This document shows positions 47,323 through 61,825 of a stretch of DNA of 64,000 nucleotides, piece by piece. The notes under the pieces were generated by a model that did no database searches, was not told the DNA's origin, and was given only the letters and a program-made list of their open reading frames with translations. The stretch comes from Daphnia carinata (lineage: Eukaryota). The DNA is taken from assembly GCF_022539665.2 (NCBI RefSeq), contig NC_081331.1, positions 9,610,001 to 9,674,000 on the forward strand. Direction: 5' to 3'. Numbering within the stretch: position 1 is the stretch's first letter; each line of letters begins with the position of its first letter. The position numbers and the translations under genes were made by a program.

Positions 47323-49039
47323 CTACTCCGTTTTGTCGAGGGCGTTCAATCTCTGGAGAAGTGTCGGGTGAGAGTGATGCCAACTAGAATATAACCAGTC
47401 GTAGATTGGAAAGCCTAAATTGTCCAAGTTAAGCTTGATGAGCGAAGACTTGAGGTTCACGGCGTGGCCCAGTTTCTTGGCGAAGCGGTCCGCTTCGAAC
47501 TCAAAATGCCGACTAAGTAATGTCGTCAAGAATGACAGAATAGCGTTGTAGGGCGAGAAGATGTACGATGTTACGATGTAGAGTCCGATAAAGATGGGTT
47601 GGCTGTCGTGGAACCCAAAGGCGTCGTAAAGCGGTCGGTATTGGAAGAGCAAGTTAAAAACAAGGAACATGAAAAGAATATTCAGTTCTGAAATGACAAT
47701 GTTTTTGGTGACATGGTTCAACTTCCAATGACCCAACTCGTGACCAAGCACGGCTAAGATTTCAGCGTTGTTGCATCCTTTCTTCAGAACTTTCTCGGAT
47801 TTCTCCGTTGTCTCTGACTCTTCCTTGACGTATCCTTCTATGAGAGTATCAAATAAGACAATCCTTTTGTTGTTGAAGAAGCCATAGAAATATGCGTTGC
47901 TGTGCGAGGAACGTTTGGAACCTGTATAGGGAATAGCAGCAACTAAGTACTTGTTAAGGTAGCCAAATTTACATTAACTAATATACCTTCTACCACATAA
48001 AGTTTCTTCAGCGGGAAATCAATTGAAGCTGCTAATTTTTCAATGGCAGACTTCAATTCTCCTTCTGGCAGCGGGCTGTATTTATCGAACAAGGGTGCAA
48101 TGTAGTCCGGATATACTGTCATCAAAAGTACAATCACCAGCGTAACAAAACTCCATAAATACAGGAAAAAGTAGTCTCCGCCGCTTTGCACTATAAAAAT
48201 TACGGCAGCCACCAGGGGTAGAGAGATCAGCATGCCGACGATGTATTTTTTTATCGTGTCTTTAATGAAAAACCATGGTGTCTGCAGAAAGAGTACAATT
48301 AGACCATAATTCCTTGACACTCCATGGTTTTGTGAAAATCATACTTGTTTGTTGAATCCATGCCTTTCTTCAAGCCAGAAGGTGTAATATATGGTGAAAG
48401 GCATATCGACAAGGGTACTGAAAGAGCTCAAGATGACAGTAAACACCATACTTGTTAGAATTTCATTATCAGCAGGTAGATTTAATGATAACAATGCTGA
48501 GTGTGAGAGGTTCCAGAAATAAGCATGCCCATTCAGCAAAATAAGGACCTTGGAATAGTAATTTGAATTTCAGCTCTTGTTATGAGGAAAATTTATTTAT
48601 ACTTGTAACTTACTGTGGAGAATATTTGATTGAACAGGCCATGTACTATACCATAGCCACTCTTATCGAGCCCATATAGCCTTGCTTTCTGAAACGTTTC
48701 ACTGTTGAAATGTTTTTCCAGTTCTGGGGGTGGTTTACTGCTTTTCTTGTATACTTGGTGCTAATAATTGATTTAAATAGATGATAATTAATAATAATAA
48801 CCTGTTTGGATATCATTAATAGCTAAACAAAAACATGTTAAAGTTTGAATTGTTTTCTCTTCTTGGATCTACCACAACAGTATCCACAAACGAAACACGT
48901 CAACAGTGTTAGAAAGCTTATTCAACGAGGCCTACAAGGATCTTACCTGACGGTATGACAGATACAGCTCCCACGTGAACTCTAACCAAAGAAACGCAAA
49001 CACGCTTCTAAAAATAAAATCACTGTTAATTTCCAACAT
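47323..49039 (-). CDS. ZMPSTE24: CAAX prenyl protease 1 (peptidase M48A), multi-exon
   Basis: [64 protein letters not shown], zinc motif [20 protein letters not shown]. Confidence 0.96.
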
Positions 49040-49198
49040 TCTTGCGAATTGTTTTTTTCCCCGGTAATCGGTTCAGGCCGTTCAGACGCGTATAGATTTT
49101 ACAAACCGCCAGTAGGTATCGGTATAGCTCTTGGCAAGCAGACGACACGAAGACTCTTCAATACAGTCGGATCTCATTCCATGAACTGTCCAGAAATA

Positions 49199-49386
49199 TT
49201 TCGTTGCAATAAATTCTTACGGGCCTCCCAAATCTAGTGGAATTCTCAACTGGAAACAAGCAGGGGCACCACTAGAATCGGGGCCCCATAAGAACGCAAG
49301 CAACGAAAAATTTCGTTGCAATAATGAAAAAAACTTTTATTGCACCGATAGATTTCGTTGCAATAGGGGAAAATGCCGTTGCAATA
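49199..49386. repeat. Clustered direct and inverted copies of (TTT)CGTTGCAATA
   Basis: Direct copies at 49199, 49311, 49353, 49377. Inverted partial copies at ~49300 and ~49338. Confidence 0.6.
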
Positions 49387-50265
49387 GATTCTACCTTTTG
49401 GAAACTGGCGGCCATCAAAGAGACTTAAAGGTTTACTACCTATTTTTATTCCACTTGATGGCAGCACATTGGAAGCTATTTGGTCAAAAACCGCGAGCCA
49501 TTTTTTTTACAAGCGTGGTTTAACTGGTAACTGAGGGCTCGTTCCCAGGTTACCCGAGAACTACGAGAATCACGAAAATTGACTTCCTAATTTTCGCCAG
49601 TCAGAAATTTCTGACATAAACGGAAAAACGTCTAACAATTAATTGCGCGCTAGGACGGTATAGCGCAATCGTGCTACAGCACAATACTCAACGGCTCGTA
49701 GTTTTCGATATCCTTAGGAAAAATCACACGTTATAATCAAAATTGAACGATGATTTCGATTATGATTGGTTTTCTTGTTCAACCAGTCGTTTGTTTAATA
49801 AAAGAAAACAAGGTGCTGTTAGCGCTCTAACTTTATTTTTTGTTTTTTACGTTAGTAAAAAAACTATAAGACCAGTTGAAAAATCTATTTGATTTCCTTA
49901 ATTATTGTCGACTTATATTTCTTATTATTATTTATATAATCGATAGTTCTCGATTTATTCTTGTAAAAAAAGAAGATGCAAATTTGTTAGTTAAAATTCC
50001 TTTTGCAAAAGCACAATTTTTTTCCATTTTTGTCATTCAGCTGTATACTCAAAATAACCGGGAAATAAAACAACGAAAGTGCTTTACTTTCAAAATGTTT
50101 TCCTACACAAATATCTACTAGAGACAGAGAAGGGATTGGCAGTTCTCAGGTAAATGATAGTGTCAGTACAATACATGAAATTCCGTCTACTCTTATTGTG
50201 ACAGAACGGTGTCGTCTGCAGCGAAAAAATCATGGTGCAAAAATGTTAGTGAACACATTGTAAAA

Positions 50266-52075
50266 ATGATTCCTAAAAGGAATTGCTATTTATTGTGTAA
50301 AAATGTAATGATTGCAGTACTTTTCTGTGGTTTTTTGTTTATGTTTATTCGCCTTTACTTCAGTCAATCCTCCGGTAAACCATCCAAAGATCAACACCTA
50401 CAACAAGTCTTATCGGAACGAAAAAATGTGACAGTTTTACCAGACCTTTGGCTAAAAGACAATGTAGCATACAGGGACACTGCAAACAATATATTGGTTT
50501 TATCCAATAATGTGCATGTTTTTTATTATCCATGGTTTGGAAACCCAGAAGATGATTCAGTGTACCTGCATTGGAAGTAAATTTAAATTTTCTTGATATT
50601 TTAAATGGTTATTTTAACTATTGTGTAAATGAAGTCATGAATATCTGCTGAACTGGGACGAGAAAGACAAAAATGTGTATCCTACTGGAAAACATGTACC
50701 ACCAGGGGACATAGGTTTGCAATGTATATTAGAATGCTCATGATGTCCTTAGCTAAAGTTTCTTTTTTTTATCAGGTGCAAATTTTTATCCACTTCTAGG
50801 TTGTTATAGCTCAAAAAATCCTGTCACTGTTGGCCAACATATGAAGTGGATAAAACAGGCAGGAATAGGGGTGCTTGTTATTTCCTGGTATCCACCTGAC
50901 TTGAGTATGCATGCATAAATTGTTTGAATTGTCAAGCAAAAAAAGGAAAATGAAACAGAAAACAGGTTTTAATGCTCCAAATATTTTGCTGTAGGTGACA
51001 AAGAAGGGAAGCCATTTGACCAACTTTTTCCAATGTTCCTGGAAACTGCTAGTGTGTATAACCTCAAAATATCATTTCACATTGAGCCATATGAAGGTTA
51101 GGTTATATTTAATGCTAACTACTGACCAGTATGCAATAGTCTGCCTATGTTTGACCTTTATAATAGGAAGGAATCCTGAAAACCTCAGAAGAAACATAAA
51201 GTACATTATTGAGAAATATGGTATATATTCATTCATGAATTCCGGCTCATTCCATTGATAATTTTACGTCCTGTAACTTTCATCATTTTTGGCTACAGGC
51301 AATCATACGTCAATGTACAAACTCCAAAAGTCTCCGTCAAAAAAACCTCTTCCTGTTTTCTACATCTACGATTCGTATCTCAACTCACCAAATAGTTGGA
51401 GCTCCGTGTTAGGCGTTAGCAGTAAACAATCCATCAGAAATACGGACATTGATGGAATTTTCCTTGGACTAGTCGTCGAATTTCGCCACAAGTAATGTCA
51501 CAGGCTATTTTCGTAATATTTTTAACCAAATTTTCTACCTCGTTATCACGTGATAGGCAAGATATTGTATCTGGGGGATTTGATGGTTTTTATACGTATT
51601 TTGCTGCTAATGGATTCTCCTATGGAAGTTCATGGAAAAACTGGAAATCTTTATCCTCGTTTGCCAAAAAAAATGGACTCCTTTTTGCTCCATCCGTTGG
51701 ACCAGGTTACATTGATACCCGCGTCCGCCCATGGAATGTGAAGACCACCAGAGAACGCAAAAACGGGAAGTACTACAAGATAGCTTGGGCGACGGCACTC
51801 CAGACCAACCCACCGTTGATTTCTATTACTTCCTTTAACGAGTGGCACGAAGGGACACAGGTTTCTATATTTCTTTTATGTATAAATTTTTTTCTTGTTT
51901 TTTTTCTCTTATTATAATATTCTTTCCGTATTCTTAGATAGAACCAGCTATTTCCAAATCAAATAAAGGTTACGTTTACAATGACTACTTACCCGGTGAA
52001 CCAGATTTCTACCTAAACTTGACTAGACAGTTTGTGTCTCAGTACAGTGAAATCCTGTTCAAAATGAAAACGTGA
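50266..52075 (+). CDS. MANEA: Glycoprotein endo-alpha-1,2-mannosidase (GH99), multi-exon
   Basis: Type II signal anchor, HVFYYPWFGNP, DIGANFYPLLGCYSS, FHIEPY, LPVFYIYDSY, GFDGFYTYFA, PSVGPGYIDTRVRPWN, catalytic ITSFNEWHEGTQIEP. Confidence 0.94.
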
Positions 52076-52961
52076 TGGAAGTAACTGGGATTTATTATGC
52101 AAAGTAACAATCAGATTTTTTTTAAGGCTAAATAACTAGTGCAATCGTGACGTTCTTCAGAAATGTCTTTTTCCTTATCTGCAGTGTCGGTTATCTTAAA
52201 AGGTAAACGACATGGCGTCGAATAATCTTCTCATTACTAAATAAACTTTTATTGGCTGGTCTGGCTAGTAAACCAAATATGGCGCTCCCCCCTTCATTGA
52301 CCCCCATACTCTTTAGATCATTAGTAACGTAGGGGACTACATTTGTTATCTTACAACGTTTTTCTTAAGCTGAAAAATGAACGAGAGAGCCAGAACTAAT
52401 AGTCTTGAATGTTAAAAATTATTTACGTATGATGCATATTTGACGTACGGTATTCTCGTAAAAAGCCATTCGATATAGGACATGACATAATTGTCTAATC
52501 TATGCTAAGCCGTCTCATTTTCTGAAAAAAAACAAAAAAAAACAAAAAAAAACACGTATGATAATTTACCTGCTTAGGCTAGTTTTCGCCTGAAACGGAA
52601 GAAAAAAAAGCGTTGGGTCTTCCAGTATCTAGAGTGAGGGAGAGCGGCTTGACTTGTTCCTTCTGGGACAGTTCAATAAAGTGGGTCGTCATTCAGCGGG
52701 CTCTTCCTGCTCAAAAGTCGCAAGAATTTTGTCTAGCAGAGAAATTGACGCAAAAATGTATCAGTTCTTCGTCCTTTCACCTCGCCTCTTTTCTCTTTCC
52801 CTTCTTAGTTCTGCTGTCAAAGCTTTCCCTTTTTAAAAAACAAGTTTAAAAAAGAGGTGCGTCTTATAGGTACATGTTGACCGAGCAACTATTTCGTTCG
52901 ATGGATCGACAAGATAGGTTTCTTCCTCTTCTCCTTCTTAACCCTCTATGCAGAGCTTGAG

Positions 52962-52997
52962 CATAAAAAGCCAGTCATCTTCCGATTAATGTCAGTG
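52962..52997 (+). promoter_or_regulatory. Core promoter of the collagen gene: CATAAA plus initiator TCAGTG
   Basis: CATAAA at 52962 and TCAGT at 52992, followed by a short non-coding exon ending at a GTAAGT donor (53038). Confidence 0.55.
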
Positions 52998-53221
52998 CTG
53001 TGCCGAAGTCGGCGATCACAAGTCATTCTTTAGATCGGTAAGTCAAATGAGGAATTTTTCTTAATGCGTTAAGTTTCTTTTCAATTACATTGTTTTTAGT
53101 TTAGAAAATTAACTGTGGAAGTTTGTCACTTTATTTTATACCTTTATTGTCTTTTAGTTTGGTTGGCAATATTTGGGAGCTAAGATTTTTGGACAATAAC
53201 TGAGCATCACCAAACGCCGCA

Positions 53222-54976
<1,755 letters not shown>

Positions 54977-57113
54977 TGCCGATGCATCAAAGCCTCATTT
55001 CCTAGTTATTTCTGGGCCACCACACGGTTTGCAAAGTGAACATAACTAGGCATTACTCACCAACCCTATCTTCTTTTTCCTGTAATGCCTAAACGTAACT
55101 CTTTTTTCTGTTTGTTGTTGTTATGCCCATGTGCGATGTTATATGACTCAATGTGACATGCCTTGCACGAGGCTGTGAATACAATACTCCCGAACTTATT
55201 ATTTTTGCAATATTCACCTACTGAACTCCTATGAAAATGATTTTGGATGAGGCGGCCTTGACGCAGTGACAACAGAAATGAATCGCATATTACAGAAAAA
55301 CAAAGTTAAATGGAAGGAAAAATCATGCCAACGTTCCACTTGTAGAAAAAGCATGGAAAATGCGTTGATGATCTAGCCCTTTTCGGGTCATGTAGGTCAC
55401 GGAACAAGTTTATGTCAGATGAAATCACTGACCTCAAAAGCGGACAACCGAAAAAAAAAGGAATGCGCATTATCTTGACTTCGTTTACCGAGTATACCAA
55501 ATTATCGTTGGTGGTTTCTTTTTGTATACTGTACACCTCATCAGACAACGAAAACTGATAGCAATTGGGATTTTGAAAATCGATTTATTCACCGCTAACG
55601 TTCCGAATTTGAATGATGGATGAATGAGTTTTTATCGCTGTTCTTTTTGTGCATTAAATTAAAAAGTTTCAACAGTGAATATTAGGTCACTTAGAGCTTG
55701 CTGATTGTTACACTGCCCGAACGGACACGAGAACCCATTTTTAAAAAAGCGTTATTGAAATTAGATGTCCTGATGTTTCGTGATTTGAGCAGATGTGTCA
55801 TTGTGATAGTTTGCGGACCGATGAAATAATTACGTTTTATCGAAATTATTTTCGCGGTAAACCATTTTTTCTCCTTTCATATTTTTAAAACTTTGAGTTA
55901 TGCGGATCAACCCATGGGGAAATGATGAGGAGAAATATTACTCTTCGATTTAACAAAGTACATGGAAGGCTGAGGGATAAAAATTCACTGTGAATTTTAG
56001 CTATGCGTCCAAGAAAAGTGGACAGGAAGATTTTGCCTGCTGATTTCAGTCGAGGACTTTAAGACCAGTCTTTCTTTGACGATTTTATCAGCAAACCGCG
56101 TGGGACGTGAAAAAGCAAAACCAGTTTCACTACCTGATCCAAACCCCATTCACGCCGCTTTCTATTCCGTTCATCCTAATTATTTTACTCTATTAACCCG
56201 AATTGTTACTCGAAATTTAGGAGATATAGGAAATATAGGAATCCGCTGAAATATTCACGAATTTTTTAAACATTGAAATAGGCTATGTCTTTGCACAATC
56301 GACAAGATAAGCAAAGAATATGACACGAAACTCTGCTAAACAGGGAAACCGCCAGTAGCCTTTTGGTTTCTTAGAAGTTATTTATGACACTTCCGTTTTG
56401 CCTGAAATCGGCTTTCATGGACACATTTCCAATGAACTAGTGCTAATCGTTTTCCTGTAATATATAAACTTGGGTGGAAATATTTAGAAAATGTTATTGG
56501 CGCTGTTGGAATTCATCTCTATATTCCAATATTTGCTGCGCAATGTTCATTTAGGCTGCTGATATATGTTACCTTACAAAGGACAACATCGGCTGTAAAA
56601 TTTATAAAACATTATTTAGCTGATTTTGCTGAGGATTGAACTCGGGGTTTTTCGCATTCAAAGCAAACACTTGCCACTGAATTGAGTCCTAAACCTTTGC
56701 TAATATAAAATTCCGCTTAAATGCGATCCGGGATCAATGCGCATTAAAATGAAATAAAATTATTAATACCCTTCTGTCTGCTAAAAAACTTGCCCGGATG
56801 ACTGTATATAATATCAAGGGAAATTTTTACTTATGTTTCTTGGTTTTGTTATTTTCCCTGATAACATAAAATGGATGTAAAGTCGTCATCCATTTCGAAA
56901 AATTACGTTTGATGCTACTATATTTATCATAATTAAACAGCAAGGAAAAGTTAACAAATTGTTTTGTTTTGTTTTTTTGTATTTTTTTCTCATTTCGTGC
57001 AAGGATCATTATTTTTCAACGAAAATCAAACCGAAACATTTTTTTTTTGCTAATTCATCATTTATTATTAATGGTCAAGCAATTATGTTTGTGATGCATC
57101 AATTTCCTGGGTA

Positions 57114-58114
57114 GGGGAGACTGGGGTGAGCCGGGACTGTGGGTGAAGCGGGACAGCTGGAGGAAAAATGGTAAACATTGATTTAAAATTTCAAAAAAAT
57201 TATATGTTATTGGTGTAGATGTTTCCTATTTAGGGTAAAAGTTTTAAACGAATAAGTAAATAAATACAAAAGTTATTAAGAAAATTTAAAAAACGGTATT
57301 TTTTTCCGTAAATTTTTCGCCGCCATTTAGCGTTTTTCTTCGTAATACTACAAATAGTTAATATTCTATACATACAAGCATGTTGTTTATCCATTTCTCT
57401 ATCGTTTGCAAAAAAAAAAAATTATTTTAGGACCATTATTTTGGGGCGCAATTGTATTTTTACCAAAAGACTTTTTTGGGGGCTGGTTGGGACAGCAGAT
57501 GTGCCTGAAATGGGACAGTAGCGGGTGGGGTTAAGGGCGGAGCTACAAAATAGTACTATACTAATTAGTAAAAAAATTACCTATTATTAAATTTATTGTT
57601 TAAAATAAAATTTCCTTAATGTTTTTAACGTTACCCACGTCACCTAAGAGGTTTTTTCACAGAATATTAGCAGCCAAATATCGATTTTAGTAATCGATTT
57701 CCTAAGCCCGGCCCCTTCATTTTTTTCCCTATCATTTTATAAGGAATTTCTTATGCTACAAGGAAAATTATTCATTTACATCTTAATAGCAAATAAAACT
57801 TTTCTAAAATAAAGAGTTCATTTAGTAGTATCCTGCTGATTTATTACAATTTTTTAAATGTATTTTATAAGTATAAACTGAGGCTGTCCCACATTACCCA
57901 CCCTGGTGTCCCAACCACAGGCTCCTCCCTCAAATTTTTCAGAACTTTAAAAGTCTGTAGACGGTCCACAATTTCTTCTAAAATTCTGAAAAAATTCATG
58001 GAGGTAGAGGAAGAGGAGGGCAATATATTGAGCCAATCAAAAAGAAAATTGAGTAATTTGTGTCGAAGATATGAACGAAAAACAAAACGTGTCCCAACAC
58101 ACCCCAGTCTCCCC
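57114..58114. mobile_element. Non-autonomous TIR DNA transposon (MITE-like), TA target duplication
   Basis: ta|GGGGAGACTGGGGTG at left and CACCCCAGTCTCCCC|ta at right are a perfect 15-bp inverted repeat. Repeated internal GGGACAG/TGTCCC motifs, AT-rich interior. Confidence 0.85.
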
Positions 58115-58116
58115 TA

Positions 58117-58810
58117 CTTCCGAGATTCTTGTCATTTCAGCTTTTTGGTCATGACCCGCTTCCCATACGTTGTTTTCCGGTGTCAAGTGAGAAAGAATGT
58201 TGGTAACTTCATGTTTGCGTTCCAAGTCCTTCTTCGATGTGTTTGGTTTGTCCATCATATTCGACATTGTAGAAGCCATTTCTGATTTCAGATTTAATTC
58301 TTCCTTAAATGTCTTTAACTGGTTCATTATGAAGAGCAATTTATGGAGCAATGCCTCTATGCGTTCCTCACCAACGCTTGGGTTCTTTGTCAAGTTCTGA
58401 CTCCGCAATATCCTCATAAAAAATACGGGTTTTTCAATTGAAGGAACTATTATCGAAAGTAGTCGTTCCATTGCGGTCCTTGTCTCGTCTTTTCCATGCC
58501 GATGAACAATGAAAGATAATGCAGTTGCAATTCTCTCGGTTTCTGGGCTATTCTCCTTCGTTGCAATTGCTTAAAGGATGGTAACCATTCGAGAATTAAT
58601 CTCTGTTTGCATAACTGGAGTAGCTATCGTCAACAGAGTATTCAATATTTTCCATTTCAAAGCCTCGTCAGAATCTTGAGAAATTATTTCTGACTTCAGT
58701 TTCGCCATTTACAATTTAACTTTGAAATCCGTTTCGTGTCGGTCTTCAATGTTAAACAGCACATGTATCATTTTCATCTTGATGTCGGGGTCTATCCCAT
58801 GCTCCGTAAC
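58117..58810 (-). pseudogene. Degenerate coding remnant of unknown family, interrupted by the MITE
   Basis: Open frame MERLLSIIVPSIEKP...EMTRISEV runs into the MITE end. Coding-like sequence broken by stops extends upstream, and possibly on the far side (55600-57110). No family recognised. Confidence 0.35.
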
Positions 58811-59219
58811 AACTGGTGACTAGTAGAGTATTCTTACCAGATTCGATTTTTCATAGAACCAAATGTTTTGGATGATTTAAAACAAGTAAAACGAAACAAA
58901 TTACGCGCAAACTTTGAATTCTCAGACCCCATGTCTCATTTCTACAGGTATTGAACTCACAGTAAGAAGGAATGGCTCAGCTGATGAACGTGCTGAATGA
59001 AGATTTCAACGATTTACTTAGCTTAGATAATACTTTGAAACATAACCTTTGCCAATGGAGGACTTGAGAGCCTTTGATAAACAAAGTATTTGTTTTATTG
59101 TATTCCATTTTCGGGAGCCTCGAACTCAGAAATATATTTTTCACTTGTATTGTTCACTAGCCATTTTTATTTTATCCTGTTATTTTGTGTCTATATCCTG
59201 CAGTAGGTGCTTGTTTTCT

Positions 59220-59360
59220 GGAGAGGAGCCATCGCCCGGGCGATGGCGCCTCTCCTTTTTTAACGGCCGTTAAAAAACGTAGCAACGAATGGCGTTCGGT
59301 TCAAATTCAGAGCACCCAACGTAAAATTTGTCAAAATAGTTATCAAATAACCTCGTAATT
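59220..59360. repeat. Palindrome-bearing interspersed repeat, with a diverged direct copy at ~63858-64000
   Basis: 36-bp near-perfect and 22-bp perfect palindromes. ACGTAAAATTTGTCAAAATAGTTATCAAATAACCTCGTAATT (~59319) matches ACGTAAAATTTCTCAAAAATAGTTATTAAACAAACTCGTGATT (~63955). Confidence 0.65.
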
Positions 59361-60502
59361 AATGTAACATTTTATAATTGTTATTCAATTACGGAATGAG
59401 AAAAAGCTAGTTATTTCATGTAAAAGTAGTTTCCCAGCTTCCGCATGCACCTAACGAACGTAAACTTGGGCATGTAAAAAAACGAAAAAATTAAAAGAAA
59501 AAAAAATTTAGGGGGGAAAACTGGACATGCGGTGTACCACATTAGACATGGTTTTTAAAACTTTATATATTGAAAATACACACTTCGAAAAAATAGTGTG
59601 ACGTTGGGATTTCATTAAGCTATTTGTGTATGTATAAAAAACACCGTAAACAATTGTAATTACAGCGCAATTCGTTAATGATTGACTGGGAGGGTGAAAT
59701 GGGCAAAGTAGCTTGAAAAAAATGTAAATAGGAGGGGCTTGTTAAGTATCAACTATTTATTTATTATCGATTGTCATTAGCAGTAGAAGATAGCAGACGA
59801 CAATTCAAAACTCCCAGGTTTCTGCCTTTGTTAACGGTTTTTTCCCGTAACTAAGCAACCTAAGCCCCGTCCCAGAAATATCGTTTGCGTCCGATTTCAC
59901 CCCCAAAACTGTGTCCAGTATCTCCCACCAGAAGGAAATTTTTAAAAACGCTTATAATTATTAAACTACTTATCCTAAAAATTAAAACAAGCCAGGGAAT
60001 TGAAAAGGGAAGAATTAGCTTTTTTAAGTATAACTCAAGCTATTTTTCATTAAGTAGTTTACACGTGATATAAAAAATTGTAGAAGCCAAAAAGATCAGA
60101 AAAAGGGCTGTATTTTCTATTTTTTAGATAATTGCACGAATATTTGTCGTATGTTTTTGAAATTTTTGCCCTATGTGTGGAATGGAATTTCCCATCACAT
60201 ACTATTTTTTAAATTTCATTTTATTAATATCCCTTCGAGTTATTGCAGTTGTCCAATCTTGTACGTGTTCAGTTTGGGTCCGCTCTCCCCTAATGGCGTG
60301 TGGTTCCGCCCAAATTTTTGTTGTTTACCTTTCATTTCGATTAATATATTACACTTTTTGAGATAAACTTATATTGAACTATATGCGCTTTAGTTAAAAG
60401 ACTCGCATTCTTCCCTTGTTATCTCTCCACCCCGCTTTGACCTTATTTCTCCGATTTCCTCTTTTACTAGCTTCTTCTGCTTGACCGAGCTGTCAACGGT
60501 AT

Positions 60503-61547
60503 TGTCGGAAATTCCGACATCCAATCCACGGACAAGGCCTGATGGGAGTGAAGAAAACGCAACGAGAAAACAAGACAGATCAATGGACGGATAAGAAAGA
60601 AGAATGACCGAAGAAGAGGAAGTAACAGGCCAGAAAATAAATAAACCGTTAATCGAAGAGACAGAAACACCAGGCGGAAGAATAAGGCCGAGACCAGCAA
60701 TGTGAGATAGAGAAGTTGTAGGACGGCATAAGATTAAATGTTACCGGGGAAAGCAAGGATAGAAGCCGCGTACTCGAACAAGAAAAGGTCGGTAGCCCGG
60801 GAAGTCACATTATAATATGGGGACCGGTCCTACATATATGTAGAATGGTCTCTAGCGATGAAAGACCTAACCAGATATTAAAAACCAACGGGAAGGACGA
60901 GAGTTTTAGCCACAGGGAACACCCTTGAAGCACCGGAAGGGCGAGGTTGGAGCACAGGAGGAAAGGATCATTCCTTTGGCCAGGGGAAAGAAGATCAACG
61001 GGAAGCTCTGGGCCAACGGTTAAAATTATGTTGAATCAAGTAGTTAGATTTTTCAACGGTTTTTTTTGTATGGGTAGGTCTATACAAGGGTCGGTTAGGC
61101 CCAAGGAATCCACACACATTTTTCACACCGATGCCTGGAGTTGTTCTCTCTTTGAGGTAATTATCTTAACGTCTGCTACTCTTACCATTGTCCGTCTGCC
61201 GTGTCGCGTCCACCCTTACTGCTACGACTGCCGCCCGCCTACGACCTGCCCAGCCGCATCAGGTTCCGCCACCGCTATTCTTCCAAGGGTCCAGTCATCA
61301 TTGTTGAGCAGCCGGCCTCCAACTTATAAATATATATTAATATAACATTTCCCTAATTTATTTCTGTTTGGTAGAGACTTATACTCAAGTGTGTCCGTGT
61401 ACACGTAGAATATAAGTTGTCGGGCTTCACATAACGATCCCCGCTAACTCAGACAAATCGCCCGTTAACAATCCGGTAAACTACGTTGGTGCTATACCGC
61501 ACTAGGCCCTTCAAGCCAAGGAACATTTGAGTCGGCAGTTTCCGACA
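60503..61547. mobile_element. Putative solo LTR nested in the 5' LTR
   Basis: Segment absent from the 3' LTR copy, bounded by the 9-bp inverted repeat TGTCGGAAA...TTTCCGACA (TG...CA). TATA-like TATAAATA at ~61325. No clean TSD. Confidence 0.55.
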
Positions 61548-61807
61548 GTGGGGAAAATCCACAGGAACCAAGCTTATCAGTTAACCTCGTTTCTCTTTTT
61601 GACCCTATTTTGCTTTTTAATACCCACGCTAACCTTAGCGTCCGCAAGCCAATACGTGGTATAAAACCCACACCCGAGCTTCGCACCAGAGTTCCCTCGT
61701 AGTCGCTGCACGGACTACTTATATGTATTTTTGTAATGTGTTGGTGCCAGATTTAAATAGACTTTAAATCCGAAACAATAAATAAACTGGGTCTCAATTG
61801 TTTCATC

Positions 61808-61825
61808 TGGTGGCAGCGATGGGAT
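61808..61825 (+). other. Primer-binding site complementary to the tRNA-Leu 3' end
   Basis: TGGTGGCAGCGATGGGAT lies 2 nt after the LTR end and differs by one base from TGGTGGCAGCGGTGGGAT, the complement of the common animal tRNA-Leu 3' end. Confidence 0.8.

Noticed and set aside
47829..47838. GTATCCTT U12-type donor motif
   Set aside because: It is antisense within a ZMPSTE24 coding exon.
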